From assembly GCF_018350175.1 (NCBI RefSeq), contig NC_058382.1, forward strand, positions 53,818,001 through 53,882,000: 64,000 nt of DNA. The letters are read 5' to 3'. Of this stretch, positions 37,016 to 50,385 are shown in pieces (within the stretch, counting starts at the first letter, position 1; the number at the start of each line of letters is the position of its first letter). The position numbers and the translations under genes were made by a program. The notes beneath the pieces are model-generated. The model was not told the DNA's origin, ran no database searches, and worked only from the letters and a program-made list of their open reading frames with translations. The DNA is from Felis catus. Its lineage: Eukaryota.

Positions 37016-40000
37016 GTACAAAGGGTTTCTTTGTTTTCAATTATACGGAATAGATCTGGCAAGTGGAGCATTTTCAGGAAGTGCTAGTTTTCTTTCTTTA
37101 AATGACTCCATCATGACCTGTGCAAGAAAAGCAACCTCTATCTGTAAATGATATCCTTAATGCCATCAACTCAGTGGGCCACTGATAATATGGGGAAAGG
37201 GCACAGAGGGAGGGTCAGAAAGTTGGATGAAGGGGCGAGGAGGGCCTATTTGTTTAATGACTCAGTGGGTTCCCTGAGCAAGATTCCTGATCCATGACAG
37301 AGTGGGTGTTCATGAATGGCCCCATCTGTTTCATCCCTAAGCTTTGAAAAATCAAGCTGGGCTCTCAGTCAGGTCCTCCAAAGCCCTGTTGCTCTAGCCA
37401 CTGCCTACTACCCAGATCCCTCTCTACCTCCTCTGTCTTCTGACCCACTAAAGTTCAGCCACACTGACCTTTTTCGCCTTCTTCGGCATCCCCGATTCTC
37501 TGCTTAAATGGCAACCCCCCAGCCTGAAGGGACATCCCCCGGAATGGTTCTTTTTCATGAAATCTGTTCTTCTGTGATAGTGGAATTCTCTCAGATGTCC
37601 ATTTCATTAACATTCGTTTGGCCGTTTGCTTATTTATTTTCTGTCTTCCTTACCCACCAACCTTTGTTCAACCTTGTATCTCCAGTATATGCCAGCAAAC
37701 ATTTTCACATAGTAGTAGGGTTTCAAAATTAACTTATTGCATAAATTGAGCCAGAAGCATCTTAGGTGTGTTAGTACAAGAGTACAAGAGTACTAGATTT
37801 TTGTGTCACTAAAGTATTTCCCTGGCAATACTCAGATAAGTCCACACATCACACCATCCCCAAAATCCTAAATCAATCAATTGCTTGAAAACTACAAGAG
37901 TTTTCACAATACAGGGATTTCAAACTATAACGCAGGGAAGAGAAAATATAGAGATGAATAACGGAGGCCAGGTGGCACTGAGAGGGGATGGTGGGGACAG
38001 TGGCAGGCTGAAAAACCAGCCTGTGACCAAGCAAAATGCAGTAACTACGGATCAGCACCATCCACCTGCTGCCATTACGAAATGCAAAGCTTGTTGCCCA
38101 ATCCCCCAGCTTTCTCGAAGAGGCCAAAAATGCACATTTTTTTTGTATGTGAACTCTGCCAATTTTTTAGTACCGGTAATAAATTTAATGTCTCCTCAAA
38201 GTGTATATAGCCAGTGTGTAGCAAACTGTTTCTGCAGTCTGCCTGCAGCTGATGCCCTCCATCCTGACCTTAATCTGCCATTTTATAAATGGGGATCGGG
38301 GCAGAGAAAGACGATGGTTCGTTACAGATCTCACAGTTAGTATGTGGCAAGATGTGGTCTGGAACCCGGGCTTCTAGCTCAAAGCCATGGCCATCCCATC
38401 CACAGTGAGAAAGACCTCTGTGTGCCCATCAGCCTTCATAACATTAAATTATGTGTTGGATCATGCGTACTATATTGAGAAGATCCAATGTGACTCTTCA
38501 TTAGCCTTAAATGAAAGCCCATAGCCCAGTTGTGAGGCCTCATCACAACAATCTTAAGCAAGGGGCGCTGGGCTGTTTTAACACTTGATGCTAATTTACA
38601 GCCGACCTTGAGTCACAGTTGCACATGCGGTGCCCTGCGTGAAAATCCTTCTTTGTGAAGACCTGAGCCTTCTCTGCTTGTACCAGCCCCTTTTTAATTC
38701 TGTCTCAGCAGCCTGGGCCTCACCCTGTTATAGAAAAAGTAATCGTAAATCTGCATGAAGTTTCTGATGATTAGTTTTGCTTGGAATCAGGCCAAAGAGC
38801 CAGACTTTTGCCAATTCCATATGTACACGTAAGTTCTTTCAAGAAAGAATGCATTAATCCTTCCCACTGGGCTGGGGATGAGGAGTTTAGGGGCCCCACG
38901 GGGGAGAGTGCTCCTGACTCCAGTTGTATGTGTAAAGGGTGTGCCAGGACCACTTAACAGGCACCTTAATAAGTGGACTTGCTTTATCCACGGCAGCACC
39001 GAGGGGCACGGGTTATGAATTTTTTAGATGAGAAAATTGAGACTCGTTGTAAGTAACTTGTCTCAGCGCATGCAGCTAATCCAACATCAGCCGGGGTGTC
39101 ACCCTGTCCCAGGACGGCAGAGGCCCTGCTGCACATACACACGGTCCACACGGAGAGTTCCTTCTGTACTGAGCGACGCCCACTACTGCCTTTAGCCAAC
39201 GAGCAGGTGATGAACAGCCACATCGCTGGTTATCCATCTCCCTGGCTTCGTTTCTCCTTCCTCTTAAAACCTGAGGATACGCGAGCCACGACGGCAGTTG
39301 ACGCAGAGAGAAAAGGTGAAAAAGTTAGAGACGCAAGAGGAAAACCAGCCAATGTAAAAGCGCTTACTGTACTATTTAGAAGAAAGAAGAAGAAAAAATG
39401 GCAGTGTAAAAGCTCAAAACCCCAGGTACAGAGCAGACTTTTAATGCATTTAATTACTCAGCGCTCAGTCCTGGCAATGAAGAGTTGGTTTTTGATAGGT
39501 TGTAATGACCATGGTAATTTGAAGACGGTAAGAAAGCAGAATGCTGAGGTCAGAGGGTCAGAAGATTGGGTTTCAGGCAATCAGCACTCCTCCCTCTTCC
39601 TGCCTCTCGCTGGACGTGTGTCACTGAGTAAGTTAACTGGTCCCTCTCTCTCTCGGTCTCAGCTTCTGGGCCCACAACAAGGAGAGCACTGCCTTGTAAC
39701 AGACAAAATTCCCAGTCCAGCGTCAAGCAGGAAAGTAGAAGCCATCAAAAGAGAACTTCCACACGCTTTAAGTCAACCCCGACACGTGCATCTGCTGCCA
39801 TGTGCCCCCGCTTCCTCCTGCGAGCTCGGCTCAGAACCACTTCCGCCCGCTTCCGGAGACGCCCTGGAATGGGAGTGAGACCTGGAATACAGGATTGTGT
39901 TGAAGGGTGGATTTCACCATGGCAAGAGGGAGAGAGCTCGCCATTCTAAGCTTAGACAGCCTGGATTTCAGGGCATCTGAGTCCCTGACAGCTGGGGGGC

Positions 40001-40539
40001 CTCTAGAGCAGGAATCTCTTAGAGAAGGGAGCGGTACGTGTGCAGCAACGTGTTCACGTTGGAATCTTAAGCAGCGGAGGGGCAACACCTCAGGTCCTTG
40101 TTTGGAAGCATCCCCCTCGTCTGGAAGTCCTTTCGGGTGACAATAAAGAATTTAAAACATAGAGCCAGACAATAAGAACTTTAGACTTGATTCTGAGTTA
40201 CACTACCAGGGGGAAGGCAGGGTGCGTGGACACACATGCGGGTGGGAAGGTAGATGTAAAGCCTGTGGAAATTCTCTCTGGCGGGCTTCTGCTTTATTAC
40301 TCGAGCCTAGAATGAGAAATTAATCTGTAAGCAGGAGATAGGATGGCAGAGAAGGGAGGGGATGGTTTTAGAGCACGAAGTGGTTCCTCTTTCCAAGCTA
40401 TTGTGTCCCCACCAGATGAAGGACAGAGAAGCGACCGTCTCTCAGCAGGTGTATATCCCACAATATAAACCAGTATTTGGAGGATTACATAGATTAACCC
40501 TATTGTTAATTGTTAGAATTAAGTTGCTCTCAACCTCAA

Positions 40540-40762
40540 CCAGGGTCTACTCTGGACTATTCTCCTCCCCAGGAGAGACCTGGCAATATTTGGAAACGTT
40601 TTTGGTTGTCACAGCCGCTAGGGAGGGAGCAACTGTTGCTGTTGCTATCTGGCGAATTGGACCGGGATGCTGCTAAGCATCTGCAACACGCAGGACAGCC
40701 CCACAATGAAGAACAATCCAGCTCCAAACGTCAGGACTTTTCGGGTTGGAAAATCCTGGATA
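40540..40762. mobile_element. MER20 hAT-Charlie element
   Basis: 'tggcaatatttggaaacgtttttggttgtcacag...gggatgctgctaagcatctgcaacacgcaggacagccccacaatgaagaa'. Confidence 0.85.
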
Positions 40763-42365
40763 AAGTAAGATTTGACGATTTGATTTCTACAAAACCCCGT
40801 TACCCTCCCCAAACAGCCTGGGCTTGTGGTCAACTAAAAATCCTCCAATGGCCCCTCTCTCCAACTGTGTTCCCCACACCCCTTAGAAAACTAACTTCTC
40901 GGGACCTCAATATGTGAACTCACATTTCATCTGACTAAGGTTAGCCTCTTGGTTCCTATTCTGTAGCGTTAAACAACCAATATTTGGAAACATTTGGGTA
41001 CAACAGTTGCCAGAGAGAGGTTTGTGGTTGAATCAGGAAATAACAGCAGTCAATTTCCAACTGAGAGGAGCCCTAAAAAAAGAAGCTAGTAGAAACCTGG
41101 ATATTCAAGGGTGTGTTACGAGTTTAAATGAACTGTGAGCTAAAATAAACTAGCTTGATCACCCAACACAAATGGCAACTGTGGGTTGAATATGGTTTAG
41201 GTACACTGCAACTATAGGTAAATACACTGAATGCTAATGGCTTTATAATAGTCTTATTAATTCACCCTTCGTCGTTAATGTTTAAGATAAACTCTGTGTC
41301 TTTAGAGTAATTTATGCATTCCACTTTTAGAGAATTCCAACTGAATGAATATGAACATAATCATTTTACACAAATGTTCTCTGAGGAGGGAGCAGGAAGT
41401 ATGAACCGGGGCAGAGACTCCCCACTGCTTTATTCATAATGGATCAGCCGATTCATTCCTTATTAATTTAATGGAGTACAAGTAAGCAGCGTAACAGCTT
41501 GAGTTTAGGAGTGTTTCACAAATGGGGCTTTTTGTCTGTAATCGCTTAATCCTGCCGGCTAGGCCTCATAAATTGAATAAAAGAGGGAACTGGGTTTTAA
41601 TTAAGTCCAAGGAATGAGGCTGCGTCAAAGACACAACCATCCCTGACAAACACAGGGGTGAAGTGTGTTTGGTTAATATCCCATGCTAACAGCATCCTGG
41701 CCCAGCGCGCCCCTGACTGGAACCTTTTGATGTCGGGCTGGAGGGAAATCCTCTACTCCGGATTGGCTTGCGTCTCCAAGGGCAGTGAGCAAAGAGCAGA
41801 TGACTGAGCTCTTGCCGGCCCAGATCTCCCCAGTCAAGCTAGTGTCCCAGCAAATAAAGGCATCACTGGCCCCTCATTTTGCGTCAGTCCACATCTGGCT
41901 GGGAAAGAGAGACTGTTGACCAGGAGCTCAGTCCACGGAAAAAGCAAGGAATTCTTTTCCAAAAACTAGTAGGTCCTAGGGGAAACAAACTGGGGCTTCA
42001 GGTCAGACTGACACGCCTTCAAATTCCACCTGCACAGTTAAATAGCTATGGGACCTTGAACAGGATGGAAATAATGTTTTGCTGGGTTATTATAAAGACT
42101 AAATAAATTTCTGTGGTCAGGCACTTTGCAAAGTGAGTGACTCTTTGAGGACGTTCAATAAAGGGCCATTGGCATCACGATTATCACCTCCTACTAAAAT
42201 GGAAATGCCCTTTTATGAAAAGGGTAATAATAAACTCCAACAGAAAACTCTTTCTCCATGTTTCCCTATCCACAGGCCCAAGCCCTGCTTGCCAAAGCCT
42301 TTGGTAGATTACTCTGCATTTCCCTTAATCACCACTCAGGACCCCTTGTGGGAGATCTTCATGGA

Positions 42366-43082
42366 ATGTGGGGCAGACAGGAAAAATGCCCCCAGAGATG
42401 TCTGCATACTAATCCCTAGAACGTGTGAGATGTGTCACCTTCGGATGTGATTGGGTTAAGAATCTTGAGATCAGGAGATTATCCTGGATGGTCTAAGACA
42501 GCCCAGTGTCAACACCTGGGACCTTACAAATGAAGAGGGGAGACAGGAGGATCAGAGTCAAAGATGTGAAGATGAGGCGCTGCTGGCTTTGGAGAGGGAG
42601 GATGAGGCCAGGAGCCAAGGAATTCGGGTGGCTTCTAAGAGCTAGAAGAAAGGAAACAGATTCCCACCTGCCCCAGCCCCGGAGGCTCCAGAGAGCGTGC
42701 AGCACAGCCGACACATTGATTTTAGTGCAGTGAGACCCGTTATCAGACTTCTGACCCCTGAAACTCTAAGATAATGTGTGTGCGTAGTTTTATATTTTTT
42801 TTATTTTTTTTAACTTTTATTTATTTTCCAGAGACAGAGAGACAGAGAACGAGCGTGGGAGAGGCAGAGAGAAGGAGGCACACGATCCGAAGCAGGCTCC
42901 AGACTCTGAGCTGTCAGCACAGAGCCCGATGCGGGGCTCAAACCCATCAACTGTGAGATCATGACCTGAGCCGAAGTTGGATGATGCTTAACCAACTGAG
43001 CCACCCAAGTGCCCCATGCGTGCACACTTTTAAGCCAGCAGTTCTGGCTTATTTGTTATAGCAACAAGTAGAAACTAACCAA
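42366..43082 (+). mobile_element. MLT1D-like solo LTR with a SINE inserted near its 3' end
   Basis: 'tgtggggcagacag...cccccagagatgtc...ggagattatcctggat...ggaaacagattccc...gacttctgacc' resumes after the SINE as 'ttttaagcca...tttgttatagcaac...gaaactaa'. Confidence 0.9.
42788..43015 (-). mobile_element. Can-SINE, full length
   Basis: Reverse-complement canonical structure ending 'gagccacccaagtgcccc'. Confidence 0.95.
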
Positions 43083-43132
43083 GTGCCCAAGCCAGACGAT
43101 GCAAATCCCCTGCAAGTATCTGTCTTCTGTTT

Positions 43133-43330
43133 CTTTTTTTTTTAATGTTTATTTATTTTTGAGAGAAAGAGAGAGCAGGGGGAGGGGCAGAGGGAGGGGG
43201 TGGACAGAAGATTCGAAGGGGACTCTGCACGTACAGCCTGATGTGGGGCTCGAACTCATGAAATGTGAGATCATGACCTGAGCCAAGATCAAGTGTCCGA
43301 CGCTTAACTGACTGAAACACCGGGGTGCCC
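43133..43330 (-). mobile_element. Diverged Can-SINE (older variant)
   Basis: T tail, GA tract and 'tgtggggctcgaactcatgaaatgtgagatcatgacctgagcc'. Confidence 0.9.
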
Positions 43331-45779
43331 ATCCCATCATTGATTTCTAATTGTCACAAGAACCTCACAGGCTAGGTGATCTGAATGCCTATTTCACTAG
43401 TGAGTACACTGAGATTTTAGTAATTTGCAGAACTAAGATTCAAACCCAGTGTCTCTTGGTTACAAAGCTCCTGACCTTTGCAGTTCCCAGAAAACTTGAG
43501 AATCAATCCTGGGTTTGTAAACAGTTATCATGTACCTCATTTGTATGTGATTATGCCATTCTCATGGTTCAAATTTTAGGAAAGGTTCTGAGAAAAAATA
43601 GAAAGTCAAGAGTACTTTAAATTCCACCAACCAAAGTTACCACCCTCCCTTCCTTCAATCCTTCTTTCTTTAGCTCTTCGGTCCAACTGATATTTATTAC
43701 CTGCTACTCACGAGTCAAGCCATCAGACACTGAATGGTTAACAGGCTCTTCTAGGCAATCAAGGGGCCTCTAGGACAGTGGAAACAGAGTCACAGCAAGG
43801 GCAGATGCTGTATTGTGCCGTGTGGGAAGTGTCAGAAGACAGACACACGTGGCAAGGGCACTAATTCCAAAGGGGCTCGGGAGAAGGATCGGCTAATTTC
43901 TGGCAGAAGCGATGGGCTGGGGCTTCCAGGATGAGCCAGCTGATGGGGAGGAGACGGAGTGTCCCGGAGGAGGAGTGGGCAAAGCAGAGGTGGCTCATTA
44001 ACATGAGACAGCGGAGGGTTAACACCACTGGTGTCTCTGTTTTACCCAGATCCGTCACTTTCTCACTCTGTAACCTTGGGGAAATCCCCTGTGTCACATC
44101 TGGGCCTCAATTTCTTTCTCCCTCACCTATAGATACTTGTTCTTACACTTGGTAGTCATACGGATGAACAGCATCTGTTTCCACTGCGGACAATGTTTTG
44201 GGCACTCTTCCTCATTCCAACACGCAACTTACATTAGCTCATTTCATCCTCACTCTGACCTTATTGAAGAAGTTTCTATCGGTGCCCCCATTTCACAGGA
44301 TGATGAAAATGAGGCATAAAGGGTGCCAGAGACTGAGGGGCTGGAGCTGAGATCCAAACTCGAGAGGTCTGGTTGCGGAGTCCATATGCTTATCCCTAGG
44401 CTATGCACATATCAAATGAGACCCTAATGTCAATGTAAGAGGCGGCGGTTGGGGGGCGGGGGGCAGATGATGAGAAACTCTCTCCTAAGCCATCCACACT
44501 GGTTGAATTTTTGCCTCTTGCACACCTGGTGAGTCAGCCTCCAGCTACTAACAATAGCTAGCATTTCTTAAACGCGTGTTATCGGTCAGGCACAATATTC
44601 GAGGCTGCGCATCTGATTTAACCTTCAGATCATCATCACCGTGATGAGTCTCCTTCAGTTCAGAAGGAAACGAAAGTTCAGAGAGGCCGAGTTATTTTCC
44701 TGAGGCCACCTAGCTAGGAAGAGACAGTGTTTTGATAGGAACCAGGCAGGGGACTGGAATCTCCACGCTCACTCACGCCAGTATAGGAGGCATCATGGAC
44801 CTATGAGCTGGGGAGGGAAGACTGGCCGGGCAGGTATGGAGGCCGAGGGAGTTCAAGAGAATCACCCTCCCCACCCCCCCCAGCCGGTGCAGACCCAAGC
44901 CATGCCACGCCCAGATGGAATGAAGAAGGCTTCTCTCCTGGTCACGCCAGCAGGAAATTGAGGGTAAGTGGTGCCGGGGGACAATGCATCGTGGCTTCAC
45001 CCTCTCTAGCCACAGCCCACTGCAGAATTTGCAAAGACGGGTCTCCTTGTGCCGCTCCCGCAGTCTGGTATCCGAGAACCACACGGTCCTCTCAGACCTT
45101 CTTGCGCTGTGCCTGCTCTGGGAGCTGGGTGCCCAGGCCCCCGCTCAACCCTGGGCACTAGGCAGAACATGTCTTCCGCTTCTGTGTGTCTCCCACAAGG
45201 GCCCCTGCCAGTGTCTTCAGGGCTGAGGCTTCAGGATGTTCTCCAGCACAGGGAAAGTGGAGAGTGACTTAGAATATACGGGACCAGAATAACCGTGAGA
45301 CCTAATTCCAAGAGCTGTGCTTGGTGGGTAATTAAATGTGCTCTGTTTATACCCTTGGTTGTCTAATCAGAGCTCTTTTATTACAGTTTATGTAATGCTT
45401 CCTAGTCATTAAAGCAGCATTTGGTAAATGGGCTTACCTTGGGAGGCTCAGACACCCAGAGGCACTGAGGCACCTGTCTGGGGTGGAGACAGCTGAGGCA
45501 TTATTTACAGATTAATGTATTAAACAAACAAACCTAACATTCCTTTCCTATTCAACAAAGCAACCCTTTCTATTCATCAGCTTGGGAGAGGGACCCCTTA
45601 TGTGCATAAAATTACCCTACAGCACTGCGAGCACTCGGGAAAGAAGGAAGGGACGATGGGAAGGTTTTATTGAGTGCATTCTATGTGCCCCGTGCACCAC
45701 TGAGCTTCAAGTTCCTGAAATGCAAATAGGGGAGAATAATCTGTGATCGTGTTTTTAATGACAAAGACAAGGGCCCCAA

Positions 45780-46010
45780 TACCAGTACCAACTAACACTG
45801 AACAATTACCGAACGTTCTGCACCCCAGACACCGATGATCGCTTCATGTGCATCCTCCCATCTAAGGCCGACAACATCCCTGAGGGGTGGGAACCACTTT
45901 ACAGATGAGGAAACTGAGGAACAGAGAGGTTAAGGGAATTGCCCAAGACTGCAGGGCTACTGTTTGGTATTGGGTGGTGCGTCTTCCAGAGCCCACGTGT
46001 TTAACTGTGA
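45780..46010 (-). mobile_element. MIR fragment
   Basis: 'tttacagatgaggaaactgaggaacagagaggttaagggaattgcccaag'. Confidence 0.85.
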
Positions 46011-48150
46011 TACCTGCTTCCCATTATGCTGGCGGGGTTAGTTGAGGTAATAGAGTAAAACGCACTGTCCTGCCTTCCCGCTCCAAAGCAGCGCTGTGAA
46101 TGGAGACCGAAAAGCTATTCTAATTGGCGAGGGCAAGGAAAGCTTCCCAGAGAAGGTGACTCCCCTAGGATCTTGCTTGCTGTATAAGCACCCCTTGGGC
46201 GCAGCCAGGTAGGTGTTTATGCGGCAAACAGAAAAGGTGCTTCTGTCTCCTCCAGGGAAGGGAGCAGAATGAAAAAACATTCAGCAGCTCCTCTGAAGGT
46301 TCAAGTTCTCAGCACCTACGGGCTGATTTCAAAGCACCGGGGAGATCCAAGAACGCACCCACAGGGGCTGTGGCTGGAGGAGAAGAATGAAGGTCCTTGT
46401 CCAAGGTCTTTCGGAGCCGGTTTGAGAAGACGGCAATGGGTTAGTCAAAATGGTTTTCACACAGGGATATCCGAGAGGCAGGCCCCTGCACCTCTGGGGG
46501 CCAAGGAGTTTGGGTCTCCCGGGCACGTTGTAGAGGTAGCTATTCCACAGCCCAGGGGTGGGCAGGGATATGTTGGGAAACGGCGGCTCTGTGAACGTAT
46601 CTCTTTCTCACAACTGTTGAAAAAGCCCCTTTCTTTAATAGCAAATCCCTTTGTCCCTGCCCTACTCCCTACCATAATCATAATCATAATCATAAATTAA
46701 AAGGAAACCTGTTGGCTTTATTCAAAAGGAATTAGGGAAAAAAAAAACTAGGCCACCTTTCTTATCCAACTGCTGACTTTCAGACAGATTATTGGGGCTT
46801 GTACCAAATTAAGCAAAAGGTTAGGAGAATGGGGACGCACTCTGAAAACATACGCTGCCTCTTTAATATCTCAGGTTTTCTTTAAACAGAAAATTACAGC
46901 ACAATGCACGGACTGACGACAGCATTATCCTTTATCACAATACCCAGCCAACTTTAACTTGTCTCAAGTGTTATTATACGAAATAGAATTTACTGCTATG
47001 GACTTCTCTTCAATACTACTCCTTCCCTGTTTAATGAAATGTCATTATTCCAATACAAACCCTTTCTTTTTGCAGTCTACTCCCCCCCCCCCCCACCCAG
47101 CCACTATATTTCATTTCCTGCAGTTACGCGATATTATTGCCTTTTTTCCACAGCTATTGATTTAGGTGTGTATGGCTATTACAATGCAAAATAAAACAGT
47201 TCCCCCATCCATTCTACCTTGTACCATTGAACATTAACTTAATTTGTTTCAAATCTGCATTTGATTTGGCAAGGAAACCATTTATCTTTATGAAGAAAGC
47301 CCTCATAAAGTAGAGAGTTTAGGAGATCACGGCTTTAAAAATTTAATAGCCTTGTGTCTTATACACTAGAAAAATGAATTAAACCTTCAAATAGTATATG
47401 TCTCAATGTAACCTTTTTGCATTTCATACTATGTTTAATTTATTATATTCTTTCTGGAGGAGGAGAAACGGCAGAGGACAGATGGCAGGACGTGGCTCGC
47501 TCTTGCACCGCGTGAATAAAGCCAGGGTCTGCTGCTCGGGAGCTGCGTGCTTTGCCGCAAAGCCCCGTCCGGCTCATGCTCAAGTACACGCTGCGGTTTC
47601 AAGTGGTTGTCGGCATGCGTCTTGTCCAGGGTCCCCTGTGGCGGGAGAGGGGGCTCCCTGCCCGGGGCACCTGGCCAGCAGCCTGGGGAGGAGGGCAGGG
47701 AGGAGAGGGGGAGAGGTAGTGGAGGTCTGATGGCACCTCCAAAAGATTCCAAAGTAAATGATCTCCCTCAGAGGGAACAGGGCACCGCCTAGAGGGTAAG
47801 AGACCATGCCTGAGCTCAGGTGTCTAGACGGGACCAGAAGACACGGGTGCTGATGCTACGAACCCTGCTCTTACAAAAGCGAGGGCTGGGGCTCCAGCCT
47901 TTGCTCTCGCTCTCTTTATTATGAACCTCCTTCTTTCCTTTTTTCCACCTCAGTCTGTGAGGCGTGCGGGCAACACAGAACCCCAGGTCAGTGGAAGGTG
48001 AGGCCTGAAGAGTGGAAAACGATCAACTTCTCATCCTCAGTCGGGTGAAAATTATGGGACATTAAGATCAACTGATTAATTGCTGCATGTCAGGAGATGT
48101 CCTCAGCTTGGATACCCAATATCTTAGCCAATCTTCACATCCACCTTACC

Positions 48151-48363
48151 ATTTTTTTTAATGTTTATTTATTTCTGAGAGAGACAGAGAGACAGCGCGA
48201 GTGGGGGAGGGGCAGAAAGAGAAGGAGATACAGAATCGGAAGCAGGTTCCAGGCTCCAATTTGTCAGCACAGAGCCAGATGCGGGGCTTGAACTGACAAA
48301 CCACGAGATCATGGCCTGAGCCAAAGTCTGACGCTTAAGTGACTGAGCCACTCAGGTGCCCCC
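48151..48363 (-). mobile_element. Can-SINE, full length
   Basis: TSD tcacatccacctta (48135-48148) / tcacatctacctta (48364-48377). Confidence 0.96.
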
Positions 48364-49934
48364 TCACATCTACCTTATAAAATGGGTCCCACCTTTAGAT
48401 CCGACAATTACAGACGGGGAAACTGAGGCACGGAGCAGTACTTTGCCCAAGATCACACAGCTATTAAACAGTAGAGCAGATACCTGAAACCCAGAGCTTT
48501 AAATCTGGGCATCTCACAGGTAGTCATTATATATATATTGTCAGCTTGGGATATGGAGTGTGAGATCTCTTCCTGTGAATATTTGAAGGACTGCCAAACA
48601 GAAGAGGGCGAGATCTGCTCTGGCTTCAAGGGCACTGAGACAACCCTTCCCATTTGCATAATATGCTCCCATAATTCACACATTTTATCCTCAAAACAAC
48701 CCCAGGTAGCTGCCATAGAGACAGGAATCTATGACTCGGAGAGGAGAATTGCTTTGCCCAATCCACACGGTTCAAAGGCAGCATGGGCAAACTTCAAACC
48801 CAATTCTCTACTGAGTGTCCTGGGCCCGTTCCATTATGCTCCATTACCGACGGTATAAATTCAAGCAAACTTGACTCTGTGTGTGCTATAAATCGGGCAC
48901 TCTGCTAAGCTGTGAGATTCAAAGCTAAAGATAAAACAAACTTGCTTTTAAGAAGTCTAGTAAGAGAGATGTGAAATGGCCTCCTGAAACCTGACATTAC
49001 AGGAACCATAGGAGTCATGGGGAACGTATGGGAGAAGAGAGAATGGGAAGGCAGACATTCATCTGTCGCGAGAAGTCCACGGAAGGTGATATATGACACA
49101 GAGAACGCATGAGTGGACGGGCACCATAGCGAGATAATTTTGGTTCAATATAACAAAGAACTTCCCACCAGATTTGGCAGAGATAGAAAATTCATTTATT
49201 CTGACATCATTATAGAAGGATTTCAAGGGCTTATTTTTAAACCACATGGCCAGAAAAATTCTAAATGTCGGGTAAAAGGTTAAATTTGATGGCCCTTTCT
49301 CACCTTCTCATAGCCCCAAACGTAGGAGATCTCGGCTTTTCCCTGAACTCTTTGGTTATTCACGCAATTCAGTTCTATTCCCCAGTATTTGGTGGCCAGC
49401 AACCAGCTTCAGGCCCCGAGGGCTCCAGCCCGGTGTTTGACAATTTCTCAGCCCAAGGGAAGAGAGACGCAAGAACCCACCGCATTTTCTTGATAGCTGA
49501 GTCCCAGGAGCTACATGCTCACCGCTCTGTGTCGCTCTTCTGCTGCTAACAAAGAATCTTCTCTAAGGCATCCCTTGTCTTTAGAGATGATCCCGGAAGG
49601 TAGGCTGATACCTTTCTGACACCGATTTACGCATCATTCCACAGACATTTACTAAATGCCAAATCCTCTGCTAGTTGCGGAGAGAACTTTTTTCGACCCC
49701 ACAAAGGCCCTCCTAACTCCAAATAGAAGTGAGATAAATCATCGTTAACTGAGGCCTAAAGGGACACAGGTTGTGTCCAGCATCCTTGGACCACTGCCAT
49801 GGAGACAAAAAAATACATCTGCAAGTTCTCTGTTACTTGTTAGGAGGAGCTTCAACAGGAGCTTTCAAACAGGTAATAAAAAGACGCGGCAGTAACACAT
49901 CAGGGGGAGGGGGTCTATTCTAAAACGGACACTT

Positions 49935-50385
49935 GCGCGAGACAGATTAATGGCACTCCCAAAGACGTCCATCCCCTGGTCCCAGAATCCCATACCTTGT
50001 GACTATGTTGCCTTACATGGCCAAAGGGGACTTTGCAAACGTGATTAGGCCAAGGATCTTGAGACAGATCATCTGAGCTTATCCGGTGGACCCAATGTAA
50101 TCACAAGGGTCCTCATAACAAGGAGGCCGGAATGGCAGAGTCAGAGGCAGGCGCAGCTGGCTTTGAAGATGGTGGAAAGAGCTGTGAGCCAAGGGATGCA
50201 GGCAGCTTCCAGAAGCTGGAAAAGGCAAGGAACGGGTTCTCCCTAGAACCTCTAGAAGGAGTGCAGCCCCTGACAGGTTGATTTTAGGACTTCTGACCTC
50301 CAGAATTGCAAGATAATAAATGTGTGCTGTTTTGAGCCATAAAACCTGTGGTGATTTACTAGAGCAGCAACAGCAAGCTAATATG
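49935..50385 (+). mobile_element. MLT1D-like solo LTR
   Basis: 'cccaaagacgtccat...tgtgactatgttgccttacatggc...ggactttgca...ctggctttgaagatgg...gacttctgacctccagaattgcaagataataaatgtgtgctgttttgagcca'. Confidence 0.9.

Noticed and set aside
39096..39878. Longest ORF in the track (260 aa)
   Set aside because: GTG start, runs through a MIR-like fragment and an A-rich run, no recognisable protein features.
45490..45503. 14-mer cagctgaggcatta also present near 57839
   Set aside because: A single short match 12 kb away with no extended similarity; compatible with chance.
47783..47798. CTCF-like motif accgcctagagggtaa
   Set aside because: Several mismatches at core positions of the consensus.
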